NCBI RefSeq assembly: GCF_001194135.2
Contig: NC_068992.1
Coordinates: 63,035,595 to 63,099,594, forward strand
Source of the DNA: Octopus bimaculoides
Taxonomy: Eukaryota
DNA: 64,000 nucleotides
Direction of reading: 5' to 3'
Shown in pieces: positions 39,410 through 52,708 of this stretch. Position 1 is the first letter of the stretch; each line of letters opens with the position of its first letter. The translations under genes and the position numbers were made by a program. The notes beneath the pieces are model-generated. The model was not told the DNA's origin, did no database searches, and saw nothing but the letters and a program-made list of their open reading frames with translations.

Positions 39410-39640
39410 ATGTGTGTGTGTGTGTTATATATTTGTGTGTCTGTGTTTGTCCTCTCAACATCGCTCGACAACCGATGTTGGTATGTTTACGTTCCCGTAA
39501 TCTAACGGTTTGGCAAAGGAGTCTGATAGAAAAAGTACTAGGCTTACAAAGAATAAGTTCTTGAGGTCGATTAGTTCGACTAAAGGCGCTGCTCCAGCAC
39601 GGACGCTGTCAAATGACTGAAACAAGTAAAAGAAAAGAAT
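39241..39640 (+). mobile_element. SINE family B, near full length
   Basis: GGTTCCGGGTTCAGTCCCACTG.GTGGCAC...internal (TA/TG)n...AAATGACTGAAACAAGTAAAAG. Confidence 0.85.
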
Positions 39641-39668
39641 AACCAACGATGTGACTTTTATGGGAGTC

Positions 39669-39880
39669 AAGATCCTGTAAATTCAGATTTGATCAGGGAT
39701 TTGTTAACAAACAATAATGCGATTCTGTAAGGGACAAGATTATATAAAATTGATCTGAGATTAATTAACGGAAAATAACATGATTTCTATATGATCCTAC
39801 AAGTCCACAAATTTGATCTGGGATTAGTCAAAAAACAATATCATGACTGCTATAGGGACCGAGGTCTCACAAATTCCAAA
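39669..39880. repeat. Degenerate tandem repeat with ~62-bp sub-period and ~125-bp period
   Basis: TTGATC(A/T)G(G/A)GATT at ~39689, ~39750 and ~39813; TAAGGGAC/TAGGGAC at ~39728 and ~39853. Confidence 0.55.
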
Positions 39881-40271
39881 ATTTCTTTTGTTGCTGTCGT
39901 GGTTTAACCCAAGGTTTACCCTATGATCAAACGCATTCCTACCGTGGCCATCCTTTCTGTCTTTCAGACATACGGTAATTAAAGCTATCTTATGTATGTC
40001 CTTCCTTTTACTTCTGTTTAGGCTCAAATGAACCTTAATCCAATGGTCAACCATCGAAGACCTCACGCTATAACCATTGTGTATTTTTATAGATTTAGTC
40101 TAGTATTAAGACTACACCATCAATCGAATGAATCTCTCTTTACAGTCGGATATGATTTGAAAGGGAATTGACTGATGTTTTTAGTAGGTCAAATAATCAC
40201 GTAGGGGCTCCTTCACTGACTCACAGCAGCAGTCAAGGAATTAATTTATTCACTCAACCATTCCGCTATTT

Positions 40272-40334
<63 letters not shown>

Positions 40335-41264
40335 NNNNNNNNNNNNNNNNNNNNNNNNNNNNNNNNNNNNNNNNNNNNNNNNNNNNNNNNNNNNNNNNNN
40401 NNNNNNNNNNNNNNNNNNNNNNNNNNNNNNNNNNNNNNNNNNNNNNNNNNNNNNNNNNNNNNNNNNNNNNNNNNNNNTCTCTCTCCCCCATCTCTCTCTC
40501 TCTGATTTACCTATTTGGTCTTTTGCCATAGTTTTACTGGCGCCATACTTCAGGGTTTTTATATTGTTTTGGGTTGTTTTTCTTTTTTTTTTGTTACCCC
40601 CGTCCTTTTATACACTTTATTCTGCTTTATTTACAACTGTTAATCAACTGATGCCACTTCTACAATCGACACCATTTTTCTGTTAATATCTGATAATCAA
40701 TTTTATTTTAACCATCGCCAGTGGAAGCCTGCCTTTTGGCTCGAGAAAGGATCAACATATTGTGTAAAGTGAAGAACTTTCTTATCTTTTGAAACGACTT
40801 TCATTACTTCTCTCATCCTCTAATTAAAGACATATTGAAATTCTATGCCAACATGGGTAGTGTCATAATCGTGTTTATAGTTTACATTTTCTTATAGACA
40901 TTCGTCTTCCTTTCTGCCAAATTCTAATTTCGCTGAGGCTGTCTACTCATTCATTCCCCGAAGCATTATTCATTGTTAGGCTCTGGTCAAGTTCCAAAAC
41001 CTTTTTACCTATACACGGCTTTTGGGAGTTAGGAGAGGGGAGACGGAATGATTCAAAGCATTTCGAAATATCGATTTATTATGTTATATTGATTTTTTTA
41101 AAAACATTTCTGAAATATAAGGGCGTTGACAGATTGTGACTTGGTGGTGTACTTAGTTGCTTTCTCTTCCGTTCTGGGTTCAAATCTTGCTTGAGTTCCG
41201 ATACTACTTCCGTCATTGTGGAAGCTGAAAGACAATAAAGTATCTGTTAATTATTGGCTTCGAA

Positions 41265-42260
41265 TTCTAGCACAAAGCCAGTATTTTCGGTGAAGTGGAG
41301 TAAGTCAACTATAATGACCCCAGGTTTCAAATGGTGCTCATTTTATCGACCCCGAAAGGATGAAAGGCAAAGCCGCCCTCCGCAGAATTTGAACTCAGAC
41401 CGTAAAGATGGATAAAATGCCGCTAAGCAATTTTCCGGCGTGCTAACAATTCTATCAGCTCGACGCCTCAATGATAATAATAATTAAAGGTTTGTAGGTA
41501 TGTGGTACTTCGTTATGCAAACACAATATAATATGAAATATACTAAATGATTTTTTTTCTCGGTCAGCTGCCCCTTCATCAGCACCCATCTAACCCATTC
41601 TTGTCTCCGAGCACATTGCTTATGATGAAGGGGCAACAACCCCCGAAATAAGGCATAGACACTCATTACCCACTTTTGTCTCCGATCTCGTGGGCTTATT
41701 TACATCTGACGTCTCGATACGAAATGCTGTAGCTAAAATCAGTGCTGGCTCTTGTTTCTATAGAATATCTGTTGAAAAACAGCCTTAAAAAAAAAAATAA
41801 TAATAATAATAATAATGGTTTCAAATTCTGGCATAAGGCCAATATTCTCGGGGAAGGGGATAAATCAATTACAATGACCCCGGTGCTCAAATGGTGCTTA
41901 TTTTATCGAAAGGATGAAAGGCAAAGTCGACTTCGGTGGAGTTTGAACTCAGAACCTAAGGAAGGACGAAACGTTGCAAAATGTATGTCGTCCTGCTTGC
42001 TAACGATTCTACCAGCTCAACACCTTAAAGTACCACTTAATTATTCTTCTCTACTTTAGGAACAAGGCCCGAAATTTTGGGGTAGGGTAGGGCCGGTCGA
42101 TTAGATCGATCCCAGTACACAATTGGTTCTTAATTTGTCAACCCCGAAAGGATGAAAAGCAAAGTCGACCTCGACGGAATTTGAACTCAGATCGTAAAGA
42201 CAGACGAAATACCGCTAAGCATTTTGCCCGGCGTGCTGACGATTCTGCCAGCTCGCCGCT
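41265..42260 (-). mobile_element. Three SINE family A copies (41265-41468, 41795-42024, 42043-42260)
   Basis: Each has CCCCGAAAGGATGAAAGGCAAAGTCGAC...GAATTTGAACTCAGA (reverse B-box GTTCAAATTC) and ends in GCCAGCTCGCC. Confidence 0.9.
41630..41790. repeat. Unclassified interspersed repeat (same family as 32075-32220)
   Basis: See 32075-32220. Confidence 0.75.
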
Positions 42261-43261
42261 TTAAAGTACCGCTTATTTATTGAGCGGCGAATTAATACCG
42301 ACAAACCCTTCCGTAAATTAAAGTACAAGGCATTATTGCACCCCGATTTAAATAACGGAGTCCCACCGTCTTAACCCTTTCATGATCATTCCCAAAAATG
42401 ACGTTAATTATCCGCAAAAAAGATAGAATTAATATTTTCTGCTTCTGTAATGTCTTCTCACTATCTCCTGTGGCTACTTTTTTCATGACCACCGCTAAAA
42501 GTATTTCATTCTTGCTCTTTTAAGAAATATGGGAAAAATTATGGAAAACGAATTCATAATGCATGCGCTTGTGTGTGTGTGCGCGCGCGCGCGCGTGTAA
42601 GTGTGTATGTATATGTATGTATGAGTTTGTGTGTACGGGTAGGTGTGTGTGGTTCTGAACCAGCATGGCCAGAATCCAAAAATTAAAATATATAAAAAGA
42701 ACAGAACACATTTAGCTATATTTATTGCTAAAAATAGCAGCCAAATCGAACCTTCATTGTGTTTAAACCTTCATGCCTTTTCCACAGCCTACTTCTATTG
42801 CTACAGTCATTGCTAAAAATAGCAGCGAAATCGAACCTTCTTCTTGTTTAAGATCTAATCTAATGTCTTCTCCACAACTATAATCTCAATACCATTCTGT
42901 TTCCACTTCAGAAGTACTTGGAATCCACACTCTCATCGCAATTTTCATCAATGGATTATTCTGAGAATATTGTGTTACTGCAGAGTTTGAAAATGTAATC
43001 CCTCTGCGGGCCGCTAGTTTAGCCTTTCGTTGAAACCAATAACAAAGGTTCTTTATAATTTTACTTTTCTCTTCACAAAAGACACATTTGCGCAATTCCC
43101 TTCGGTAATGATAAATAACTCTTGTATAAGAGCTCGGCCCGTTGAAGTACTTCAATTATTACAAAGCTTGTTCTCTCTTTCATAATTCTTTTCTCTTCTC
43201 CGCCATTTCCAAGATTCGTTTGATTTTACACTCCGCTCAAACCATTCGTGTGTGCGAACAC

Positions 43262-43985
43262 TGCTTTCAAATTTTGGCCCAATGCCAGTAATTTCAAGGA
43301 AGTGGGTAAGTCATTTACATTTATCCCAGTGCTCAACTGTTACTTATATTCTTTTGTACTTTAGGCACAAGGCTCGAAATTTTGGGGGAGGGGGCCAGTC
43401 GATTAGATCGACCCCCAGTACGCAACTTGTACTTAATTTATCAACCCCGAAAGGATTAAAGGCAAAGGCGACCTCGGCGGAATTTGAACTTAGAATGTAA
43501 GGGCAGACGAAATACGGCTACGCATTTCGCCCGGCATGCTGACGATTCCGCCAGATCGCCGCCTCATTGATTTTAAATTTTGGCACAAAGCCAACAGTTT
43601 CAGGAAAGAGATTAGTTACATCCACCCCTGGGTTCAACTGGTACTTATTTTATTGACCATGAACGACGAAAAGCAAAGTCGACATTGGCAGAATTTGAAC
43701 TCTGAACCTGAAGACAGACTAAACGCCGCTTAGCAATTTGTCCATCCTTACATTCTGAGTTCAAATTCCGGCGGCAAACTGGCAGAATCGTTAGAAATCC
43801 GGGTAAAATACTTAGCGGTGTTTAGTCAGTCTTCACGTCCTGAGTTCAAATTCCTCCGAGGTCGACTTTGCTTTTCATGCTTTCGGGGTCGATAAATTAA
43901 GTACCAGTGAAACACTGGGGCGATGTAACCGACTCATCCCTCCCCCCAAAATGGCTGCCCTTGTGGAAAAATTTAAAACATTATT
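43262..43985. mobile_element. SINE family A cluster: minus copies at 43262-43345, 43345-43565 and 43570-43745; plus copy at 43770-43985
   Basis: Same core motifs in both orientations. Confidence 0.85.
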
Positions 43986-43995
43986 ATTATTATTA

Positions 43996-44059
<64 letters not shown>

Positions 44060-44092
44060 TGTTGTTGTTATTATTTGTGTGTGTGTGTGTGT

Positions 44093-44131
<39 letters not shown>

Positions 44132-44351
44132 AATGTGTCTGTGCATATATATGAGTACATGCACAACGAATTCCTTCTTCTATACATACATGCATACAAA
44201 GTTACATATACTCATCTATTCATACACGCATGCGTACATACATACAGACAATACCCAAGCAACACGCGCACAACATACATACATATACAACATACATACA
44301 TACATACATACATACACGCTTGATACATACATACATACATACATACATACA

Positions 44352-44565
44352 AGGCGATGAGCTGGCAGAAACGTTAGCACGCCGAGCGAAATGCTTGACG
44401 GTATTTCTTCTGGCTCTACGTTCTGAGTTCAAATTCCGCCGAGGTCAACTTTGCTTTTCATCCTTTCAGGGTCGATTAAATAGGTACCAGTTACTCACTG
44501 GGGTCGATGTAATCGACTAGCCTACTTCCCCCAAAATTTTCAAGGCCTTTTGGCTAGAGTAGAAA

Positions 44566-44628
<63 letters not shown>

Positions 44629-44630
44629 TA
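44352..44630 (+). mobile_element. tRNA-derived SINE family A (octopus OK/OR-type by recollection), full length with (ATT)n tail
   Basis: A-box TGGCAGAAACGTTAG, B-box GAGTTCAAATTCC, core GCTTTTCATCCTTTCAGGGTCGAT, and AGTAGAAA followed by (TTA)n. Confidence 0.9.
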
Positions 44631-45049
44631 ATAATAATAATACATACATACAGACATACATACATACATACATAAACAGAACATATACACTAACGCACAC
44701 ACATACATGCATTAGAGACACGCGCATTCATCTCAACAGTTAATATTTCATTCTCGCTTTAAAGAGATATCTTCTGTTGAATAAACTCTGAGAATTCTCT
44801 TGCTTGATTTCGTCTAATAGCTGCACATCTGTCGGCACCAGAGTACTTGGTGCTAATGGTACATGTTTGCCGATGTTTCGTTCAGCTCCAGAAGAAAAGA
44901 TGGCACGATAAATGCCAACAGCAGTGAAATATGGCGAGTTGAGTCGTCAAATATATTTTTAGCCCACCCCGCCACCCACTTCCATGGCGTTGAGTAGAGA
45001 ATAGTGAGGCAAACAACATACGGATGTAATAGACTAACATGTAGGCATG

Positions 45050-45335
45050 AACGTATGTATGTACGTATGTACGTATGTATGTATGTATGTATGTATGTAT
45101 GTATGTATGTACGTACGTACGTACGTACGTATGTATGTATGCCTGTATGTATGTATGTATGTATGTACGTATTATGTATGTATGCATATGTACACATATA
45201 TATACATATATATATATGTGTGTACTTATACATACACAAATATATACAAATATACACATATATATACACGTATATATATATATATATAAAAGTAAATATA
45301 TATATATATATGCGTAGGTATATGTATATATATAC

Positions 45336-45371
<36 letters not shown>

Positions 45372-45430
45372 CTATATATATATTTATATATATATGCATA
45401 CATATATACACACATACATACATACATACA
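45050..45430. repeat. (ATGT)n/(TA)n microsatellite
   Basis: Direct reading. Confidence 0.95.
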
Positions 45431-45871
45431 TGATTGCCTCATTTTGTCAGCTGATAGCTGCCTCACCTCATGACAATGAGGTATCTGCACGCCATTGGAT
45501 TTAAGTAACAAGACCTTGTACCACACTCTTACCCATCTTTCAGTTCCCATAATACGCAGGTTCCAGTGACAAGCATTGCATAATATCTCATAATATTTTG
45601 ACTGGAATTTCTGTGTCAGATTATCTTCATCCTAGAAGGGCTGATTTCCCGAGGGCTATGTCAAATAATAACAAACGGGAGCTTTCTCTACCCATGGGAA
45701 ATATATTTAATTCATCGACAGGACTCTGACAGGCACTGCCGTTCCGTGTCAACACGAATCTGGTAGTAATGGTAACTAAGGGGTGACTCCACACTCCCCT
45801 ACAACTCCAGAAACCCAGAAGTCGAGCTTCACCCTCGGATGCAGCGTAAGGTCAGACCCAGCGTAGATATA

Positions 45872-46090
45872 TATTCTTGTCTACTCTAGGCACAAGGCTC
45901 GCTATTTTGGGGGAAGGGGCCAGTCGATTAGATCGACCCGAGTACGCAACTGGTACTTAATTTATCGACATCCGAAAGGATGAAAGGCAAAGTCGACGTC
46001 GGCGGAATTGGAACTCAGAACGTAGAGACAGACGAAATACCGCTTAGCATTTCGCCCGGCGTGCTAACGATTCTGCCAGCTCGCCGCCTT
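45872..46090 (-). mobile_element. SINE family A, full length
   Basis: Reverse complement of the family A consensus. Confidence 0.9.
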
Positions 46091-46489
46091 AGGACAGATA
46101 TATATTGATATACATTTATGTATGCGTATATGTGTGTATGCGTGCACGCGCGCGTGTATGTGTGTGCGTACATGTGTTTGTGTGTGTGCTCGTTTGCATG
46201 TGTATGTGTGAGTGTGTGTGAGTATGGGTGTGCTTGTAAACTCCGTAAACACACATGAGGGTGTACAACTGGGACAAAGCATACCCAACATCTCAGTAAA
46301 TGTAGCACCGTTCATGTTGCAAAGCATTGTGAGTGTTTTAATGAATTTCGTGACTCTGTCATGATGTGACTGCTTCAATTTCGTCACACCCCCTCAGATC
46401 AAGTTACCTGCCAAAATACAACTGGTACACATAGACACATACATAAATACGTATATATGCATGTATGTGTGTGTATACACACACACACA

Positions 46490-46575
46490 CACATGTGTGT
46501 CCTGGGGTCGATTTGTTCGACTAAAGGCGGTGTTCCAGCATGGCCGCAGTCAAATGACTGAAACAAAATGGTAAA
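46490..46575 (+). mobile_element. SINE family B 3' tail
   Basis: CCTGGGGTCGATTTGTTCGACTAAAGGCGGTG.TCCAGCATGGCCGCAGTCAAATGACTGAAAC. Confidence 0.8.
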
Positions 46576-46736
46576 AGATTTTGTGCGTGTGTGTGTGTTA
46601 TACATACATGCATATATACATACATACATACATACATACATACACGTAGACGAATACACATAAATGTGTGTGTTTTATGTTCTTTTATAGCTGTACATTC
46701 GTCTGTGTAATTAACACACACAGAATTACACACACA

Positions 46737-46783
<47 letters not shown>

Positions 46784-47534
46784 AGAAACACGTATAAACA
46801 AACACACACACACTTGCACACATACCGTACACAAGCGCAAAAATACACACGCACGTGTGCGAACACAAGTACTGCGTGAAACTATTCGGCATAATCCACC
46901 CGAAACCCACCACCAGCACCGCCACCACCACCACCACCACTACTTTCAATAGTAACAACAACGGGCGGACAATGAAACAGAGCATGCAAGAATTAACACT
47001 GAANNNNNNNNNNNNNNNNNNNNNNNNNNNNNNNNNNNNNNNNNNNNNNNNNNNNNNNNNNNNNNNNNNNNNNNNNNNNNNNNNNNNNNNNNNNNCCCAC
47101 CCCACCACTACCCCTCCCCTGTACCCACCCTGTCACTATCATTTCATCTCATCATTTCATCTCATTTCATCGCACCTCACCCAGTTATGCTGTGCCAATC
47201 TGTTGTGTTCCCCCACCTTTTCGTGAGTGTTTAAACACCACCACCACCACCACCATTCAACTCACGTGATCATCATCGCCAACACCCACCCGCCCCCGCA
47301 ACACCAGCAACACCACAGCCATCTTTAGTAATATAGCTATCACCGCCAACGTCACCATTATCAAGTAACACCACCATTAACACTACCATCACCACCACAA
47401 CCGCCATCAACAATACCACCCCCATTACCACCACCACCATCACCACCAGCACTATCAGCACCCCCACCGCCACTAGCACCACCATCAACAACACCAACAT
47501 CATCGCCAGCACTATTACCTTCAGCATCACTGCT

Positions 47535-47778
47535 ACCACCACCACCACCACCACCGCTACTATTATTTAGTACCACTACTACCACCACCACCGCTACTAT
47601 TATTTAGTACTACTACTACCACCACCACCACTACTATTATTTAGTACTACTACTACCACCACCACCACTACTATTATTTAGTACTACTACTACGACTGCC
47701 ACCGCTACTATTATTTAGTACTACTACTACCACCACCACCACTACTATTATTTAGTACTACTACTACTACCACCACCA
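47535..47778. repeat. ~37-bp minisatellite, at least 6 units, running into a gap
   Basis: Core CTACTATTATTTAGTACTACTACT separated by (ACC)n. Confidence 0.9.
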
Positions 47779-48804
47779 NNNNNNNNNNNNNNNNNNNNNN
47801 NNNNNNNNNNNNNNNNNNNNNNNNNNNNNNNNNNNNNNNNNNNNNNNNNNNNNNNNNNNNNNNNNNNNNNNNNNNNNNNNNNNNNNNNNNNNNNNNNNNN
47901 NNNNNNNNNNNNNNNNNNNNNNNNNNNNNNNNNNNNNNNNNNNNNNNNNNNNNNNNNNNNNNNNNNNNNNNNNNNNNNNNNNNNNNNNNNNNNNNNNNNN
48001 NNNNNNNNNNNNNNNNNNNNNNNNNNNNNNNNNNNNNNNNNNNNNNNNNNNNNNNNNNNNNNNNNNNNNNNNNNNNNNNNNNNNNNNNNNNNNNNNNNNN
48101 NNNNNNNNNNNNNNNNNNNNNNNNNNNNNNNNNNNNNNNNNNNNNNNNNNNNNNNNNNNNNNNNNNNNNNNNNNNNNNNNNNNNNNNNNNNNNNNNNNNN
48201 NNNNNNNNNNNNNNNNNNNNNNNNNNNNNNNNNNNNNNNNNNNNNNNNNNNNNNNNNNNNNNNNNNNNNNNNNNNNNNNNNNNNNNNNNNNNNNNNNNNN
48301 NNNNNNNNNNNNNNNNNNNNNNNNNNNNNNNNNNNNNNNNNNNNNNNNNNNNNNNNNNNNNNNNNNNNNNNNNNNNNNNNNNNNNNNNNNNNNNNNNNNN
48401 NNNNNNNNNNNNNNNNNNNNNNNNNNNNNNNNNNNNNNNNNNNNNNNNNNNNNNNNNNNNNNNNNNNNNNNNNNNNNNNNNNNNNNNNNNNNNNNNNNNN
48501 NNNNNNNNNNNNNNNNNNNNNNNNNNNNNNNNNNNNNNNNNNNNNNNNNNNNNNNNNNNNNNNNNNNNNNNNNNNNNNNNNNNNNNNNNNNNNNNNNNNN
48601 NNNNNNNNNNNNNNNNNNNNNNNNNNNNNNNNNNNNNNNNNNNNNNNNNNNNNNNNNNNNNNNNNNNNNNNNNNNNNNNNNNNNNNNNNNNNNNNNNNNN
48701 NNNNNNNNNNNNNNNNNNNNNNNNNNNNNNNNNNNNNNNNNNNNNNNNNNNNNNNNNNNNNNNNNNNATATATATATATATATAAATATATACATATGCA
48801 TATA

Positions 48805-49130
48805 TGGATACAGGACGTTACCAACTGTAAACAACATGAAATATGAAAGCAAATAAGTTCAACACGCAAACAACGAGAGAAACAAATGGAAAACACGACA
48901 AGTAACACACAGAACGACCCTTTATCAGTTAGCGGCTGCTTATCTACTCCTCATTTCGAGCATTGAACGACAATATGAGCCTTTGAAACCAGTTGTTCCC
49001 ATAAGTACCAAAATAAAGTTTGGGATTTGTAGAGGGTCAAAGTTGGAATGAAAAACAGGACAATGGAGACATACAAGGAAACCGAAGGGAAACAAACATG
49101 AAGGGCCGTTAGACCAGAACGAAGGTAAAA
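48805..49130. repeat. Unclassified interspersed repeat, copy 2 (family of 50-365)
   Basis: See 50-365. Confidence 0.75.
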
Positions 49131-49289
49131 TAGCGAACGCTGAAGAAATATTTTCTTTGTCAAGAGAAAAGATAGAAGAGAGAGATATCATGCACCCAGA
49201 CCTTTGGGGCAGTCTTAAAAGAAAAATTGATGACATGAGGAAAAGAAAGATGGACGATGGGCACGTGCGTGTGTGTATGCGAGTGAGTA

Positions 49290-49575
49290 TTTTATTATTT
49301 TACGTTTCAGTCATTTCGACTGCGGCCATGCTGGAGCACCACCTTTAGTGGGGCAAATTGACCTCAAGACTTATTCTTTGTAAGCCTAGTACTTATTCTA
49401 TCGGTCATTTTTGCCGAACCACTAAGTTACGGGACTTAAACACACCGATATCCGTTGTCAAGCGATAGGGCTGGGGATAAACACAAACACACAAATACAT
49501 ATACATACATACATACATAGATACATATATATACGTATATATATACGACGGGCTTCTTTCAGTTCCCCTCTACCA
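49290..49575 (-). mobile_element. SINE family B
   Basis: TTTCAGTCATTT.GACTGCGGCCATGCTGGAGCACC...TACGACGGGCTTCTTTCAGTT. Confidence 0.85.
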
Positions 49576-49922
49576 CTTATGCGTTCACACTCATTCATGG
49601 TAGATACAGCTTAATTCGCCTGTTTACGATGATATATAAAATAAATACTCTATAAACTTGTCGAAACTAATGTAAGTGAGTCGAGTTGGGTGTAAATATA
49701 CTCAATCAACTCGTGAGTTATTCTCTTGTTGAAAAGAAGCACAGCACATCAGGGTGAAATATGGCTAAACAATATCCTAGAAAGAGAGGTGTAGAAAAGT
49801 TAAACGAACGCACAGCTGTTAACTTCAGCCGACGTCAATCTACAAGCTCACTCTTCGGAGAAGGAGAGCGAAAGATTAGTGTATGCCAGAGTGAGGCAGA
49901 TGTTTACTGGCACTTCACGTTG

Positions 49923-49971
<49 letters not shown>

Positions 49972-50760
49972 TTATCTTTATATGTCTATCTATGTTTTTC
50001 TCTCTATATATATACTTATCTATCTGCCTATCTATGTTTATATCTCTATCGGTCTGTTTCCCTTTCTGTTCATAAAACAAGCGGTGCAGCCATTTACAAA
50101 ACAGCATATGTGTATTTATTTATAGATGTTCAGATGTATGCAAACATATAAACATCATCATTTTACAGCCCACATAGGGGCCAGAGCTGATTTTTTTAGG
50201 GGCCTTTTTTTAGTTATTTTTTGGTGATGGGAGATCACTTTTCTTGTATACACCCGTCGCTGTCCTGCAGCGTCAGGCGGATAAAATATGTTGGCTTATC
50301 TTATTAACCGGTACACTTTCTGTGGGAAAAAAAAATATTTTGAAACATATACAAAGAAATAAAAACTCTGGCGCTTTGGTAGATTTAGTCATTTAATAAG
50401 CAATTAAATAAATTGAGTGAACGTATAATTAAAAACAAAAGGCTAAAATAAAAATTAAGCGCCCAAATAATGTAGCGACAGTCTGTCAGCGTTCGAAACA
50501 TATGTGCACACACACACACACACACAGAGATGTATGCATATATATACATACACATACACATATAAACACATGTGTATACATACACACACATACCCATATA
50601 TAAATACACACACAAACATAAAAAGACAAAAGTACGTATATATAGGTTTATAGTATTGTATGTTTATATGAAAACATATATATGTGTATGTATGTGTTCA
50701 TATATATCTATGTGTATATACGCTTGCATATATGTATATGTATATATATGTATTTATATG

Positions 50761-50805
<45 letters not shown>

Positions 50806-51032
50806 ACACACATTTTCGTGTATAAATACACACATGTATACATACATATGTATATGCATGTATATATCCATATATTCATATATATTTAGAAACATTGTAT
50901 ATATATACATATATATAGAAATGTACACACACNNNNNNNNNNNNNNNNNNNNNNNNNNNNNNNNNNNNNNNNNNNNNNNNNNNNNNNNNNNNNNNNNNNN
51001 NNNNNNNNNNNNNNNNNNNNNNNNNNNNNNNN

Positions 51033-51063
<31 letters not shown>

Positions 51064-51124
51064 AATAGAGAGTACCACATACACATACATGAGAAAACAC
51101 ACGTTCACTCACTCACTCTCTCTT

Positions 51125-51163
<39 letters not shown>

Positions 51164-51381
51164 CACATACATACCAAAAAGATGTAAGCATATATATTGA
51201 TATATGTACGTATAGATGACAACACACCTCTTCACTTACTCTCTCTCTGTCTCTCTCTCTCTTTCTCTCACTTTTCTCTCCATCTTCCTTTCTCTATTTC
51301 TCTCTCTCTCACTCTCTTACGCACACACACACACACACACATACACACACACACACGTCCATTTCATATACACGTACATAC

Positions 51382-51550
51382 AGAAGAAGAAGAAGAAGAA
51401 GAAGAAGAAGAAGAAGAAGAAGAAGAAGAAGAAGAAGAAGAAGAAGAAAAAGAAGAAGAAGAAGAAGAAGAAGAAGAAGAAGAAGAAGAAAAAGAAGAAG
51501 AAGAAGAAGAAGAAGAAGAAGAAGAAGAAGAAGAAGAAGAAGAAGAAGAA
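51382..51550. repeat. (GAA)n microsatellite
   Basis: Direct reading. Confidence 0.98.
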
Positions 51551-52098
51551 ATACACCCATTATTTATCTATTGAATTTTCTGTGTTGTGAGGATAATGAG
51601 AAGTTCTCCCTAACGCTGAGTTTATAATGTAAACTGCAAAACCTTAAAATGGACGTCCATTGAGATAATTAGTCATGCCATCGTCTTTGCAGTTGACAGC
51701 TAGTGGACAGTGTGATAAATAACAGGAAAAAGGGGAGATAATCTACCATAGTCTTAGTTTATCCATTTACTGTCACTTGTCGAAGCTTTATTGACTTTGG
51801 CTTGTCATCAGTTGGCTGTAATTAACGGTCGAAAACGGATATATCGATCTTTCAATTCATCTCTGTCGTTATTTCTCTATCATTGTCTGTTCCTCTCTCT
51901 CTCTCACACTTTCTCTTTTTCTCTCACTCTTTCTTCCACTGTCTTTCCCCCTCTCTCTCATTCCCAATATTTTATATCACTCTTTGTACTTCTGCCACCA
52001 GACTTAACTCTCTAAGCAAAATATTTCTACAGTCTACCCTTCTGTCATGTTCCATAAATTTTGTTTCTCTCTCTCTACCTCTATCTCTTGCCATATCC

Positions 52099-52133
<35 letters not shown>

Positions 52134-52359
52134 CTTCTCTCGTTTTCTATCCATCTATCCAAGTTTTTATCTATCTACCTGTCACTTTTTACACAATCCT
52201 TATCTATAGCTCGTTTCTCTTTCGCCATTTTCGTTTTGCTCCAACTCATCCATTTTTTCCTTCTCGATTCAGTTTTCTTTCTTCCTTTCCCTATAGTCAG
52301 CTTCCTTAACTCTCTCATTTTCCACCCATTCTTCTCCCTCTATCTAAGGCAACTAGTTT

Positions 52360-52665
52360 GCAGAGTCATTAGAGCGTCTGAGAAATTATTTTCCAATAAT
52401 CGTTCCTTTTCTCTACGCCGCGAGTTCAAATCCTGTTGAGGTCAAGCTCAACTTTACTCTTCATTCTTCGAGTACTTCAAATAAAGTTCCAGTCTTGTTC
52501 AGGATTCGATCTTTTCTTCCGCTCACTCGTTCTGTCTGTCTAAGTCGACTTTGCCTTTCATTCTTTGGAGGTCGATAAAATAAGTATCAGTTGAACACTG
52601 AGGGTCGATGTAACTGATGTGCCCCTTTCCGGAAAATTTCATGCCTTGTGCCTATTTTAGAAATT
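52360..52665 (+). mobile_element. Two degenerate SINE family A copies
   Basis: GAGTTCAAATCC...GAGGTC at ~52425; GTCGACTTTGCCTTTCATTCTTT.GAGGTCGATAAAATAAGTA at ~52545. Confidence 0.7.
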
Positions 52666-52708
52666 GGAAAGAATTCAGGCGAATCGTTCAGGACCGTATC
52701 ATCTAGAA

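Noticed and set aside
42886-43260. 89-aa minus ORF (…RKCVFCEEK…LAARRGITF…)
   Set aside because: No recognisable domain or convincing splice boundaries.
44826-44870. GCACCA-GAGTACT-TGGTGC hairpin with G-U extension, and a similar bulged stem at 45432-45485
   Set aside because: The stems are short or depend heavily on wobbles and bulges, within chance expectation.
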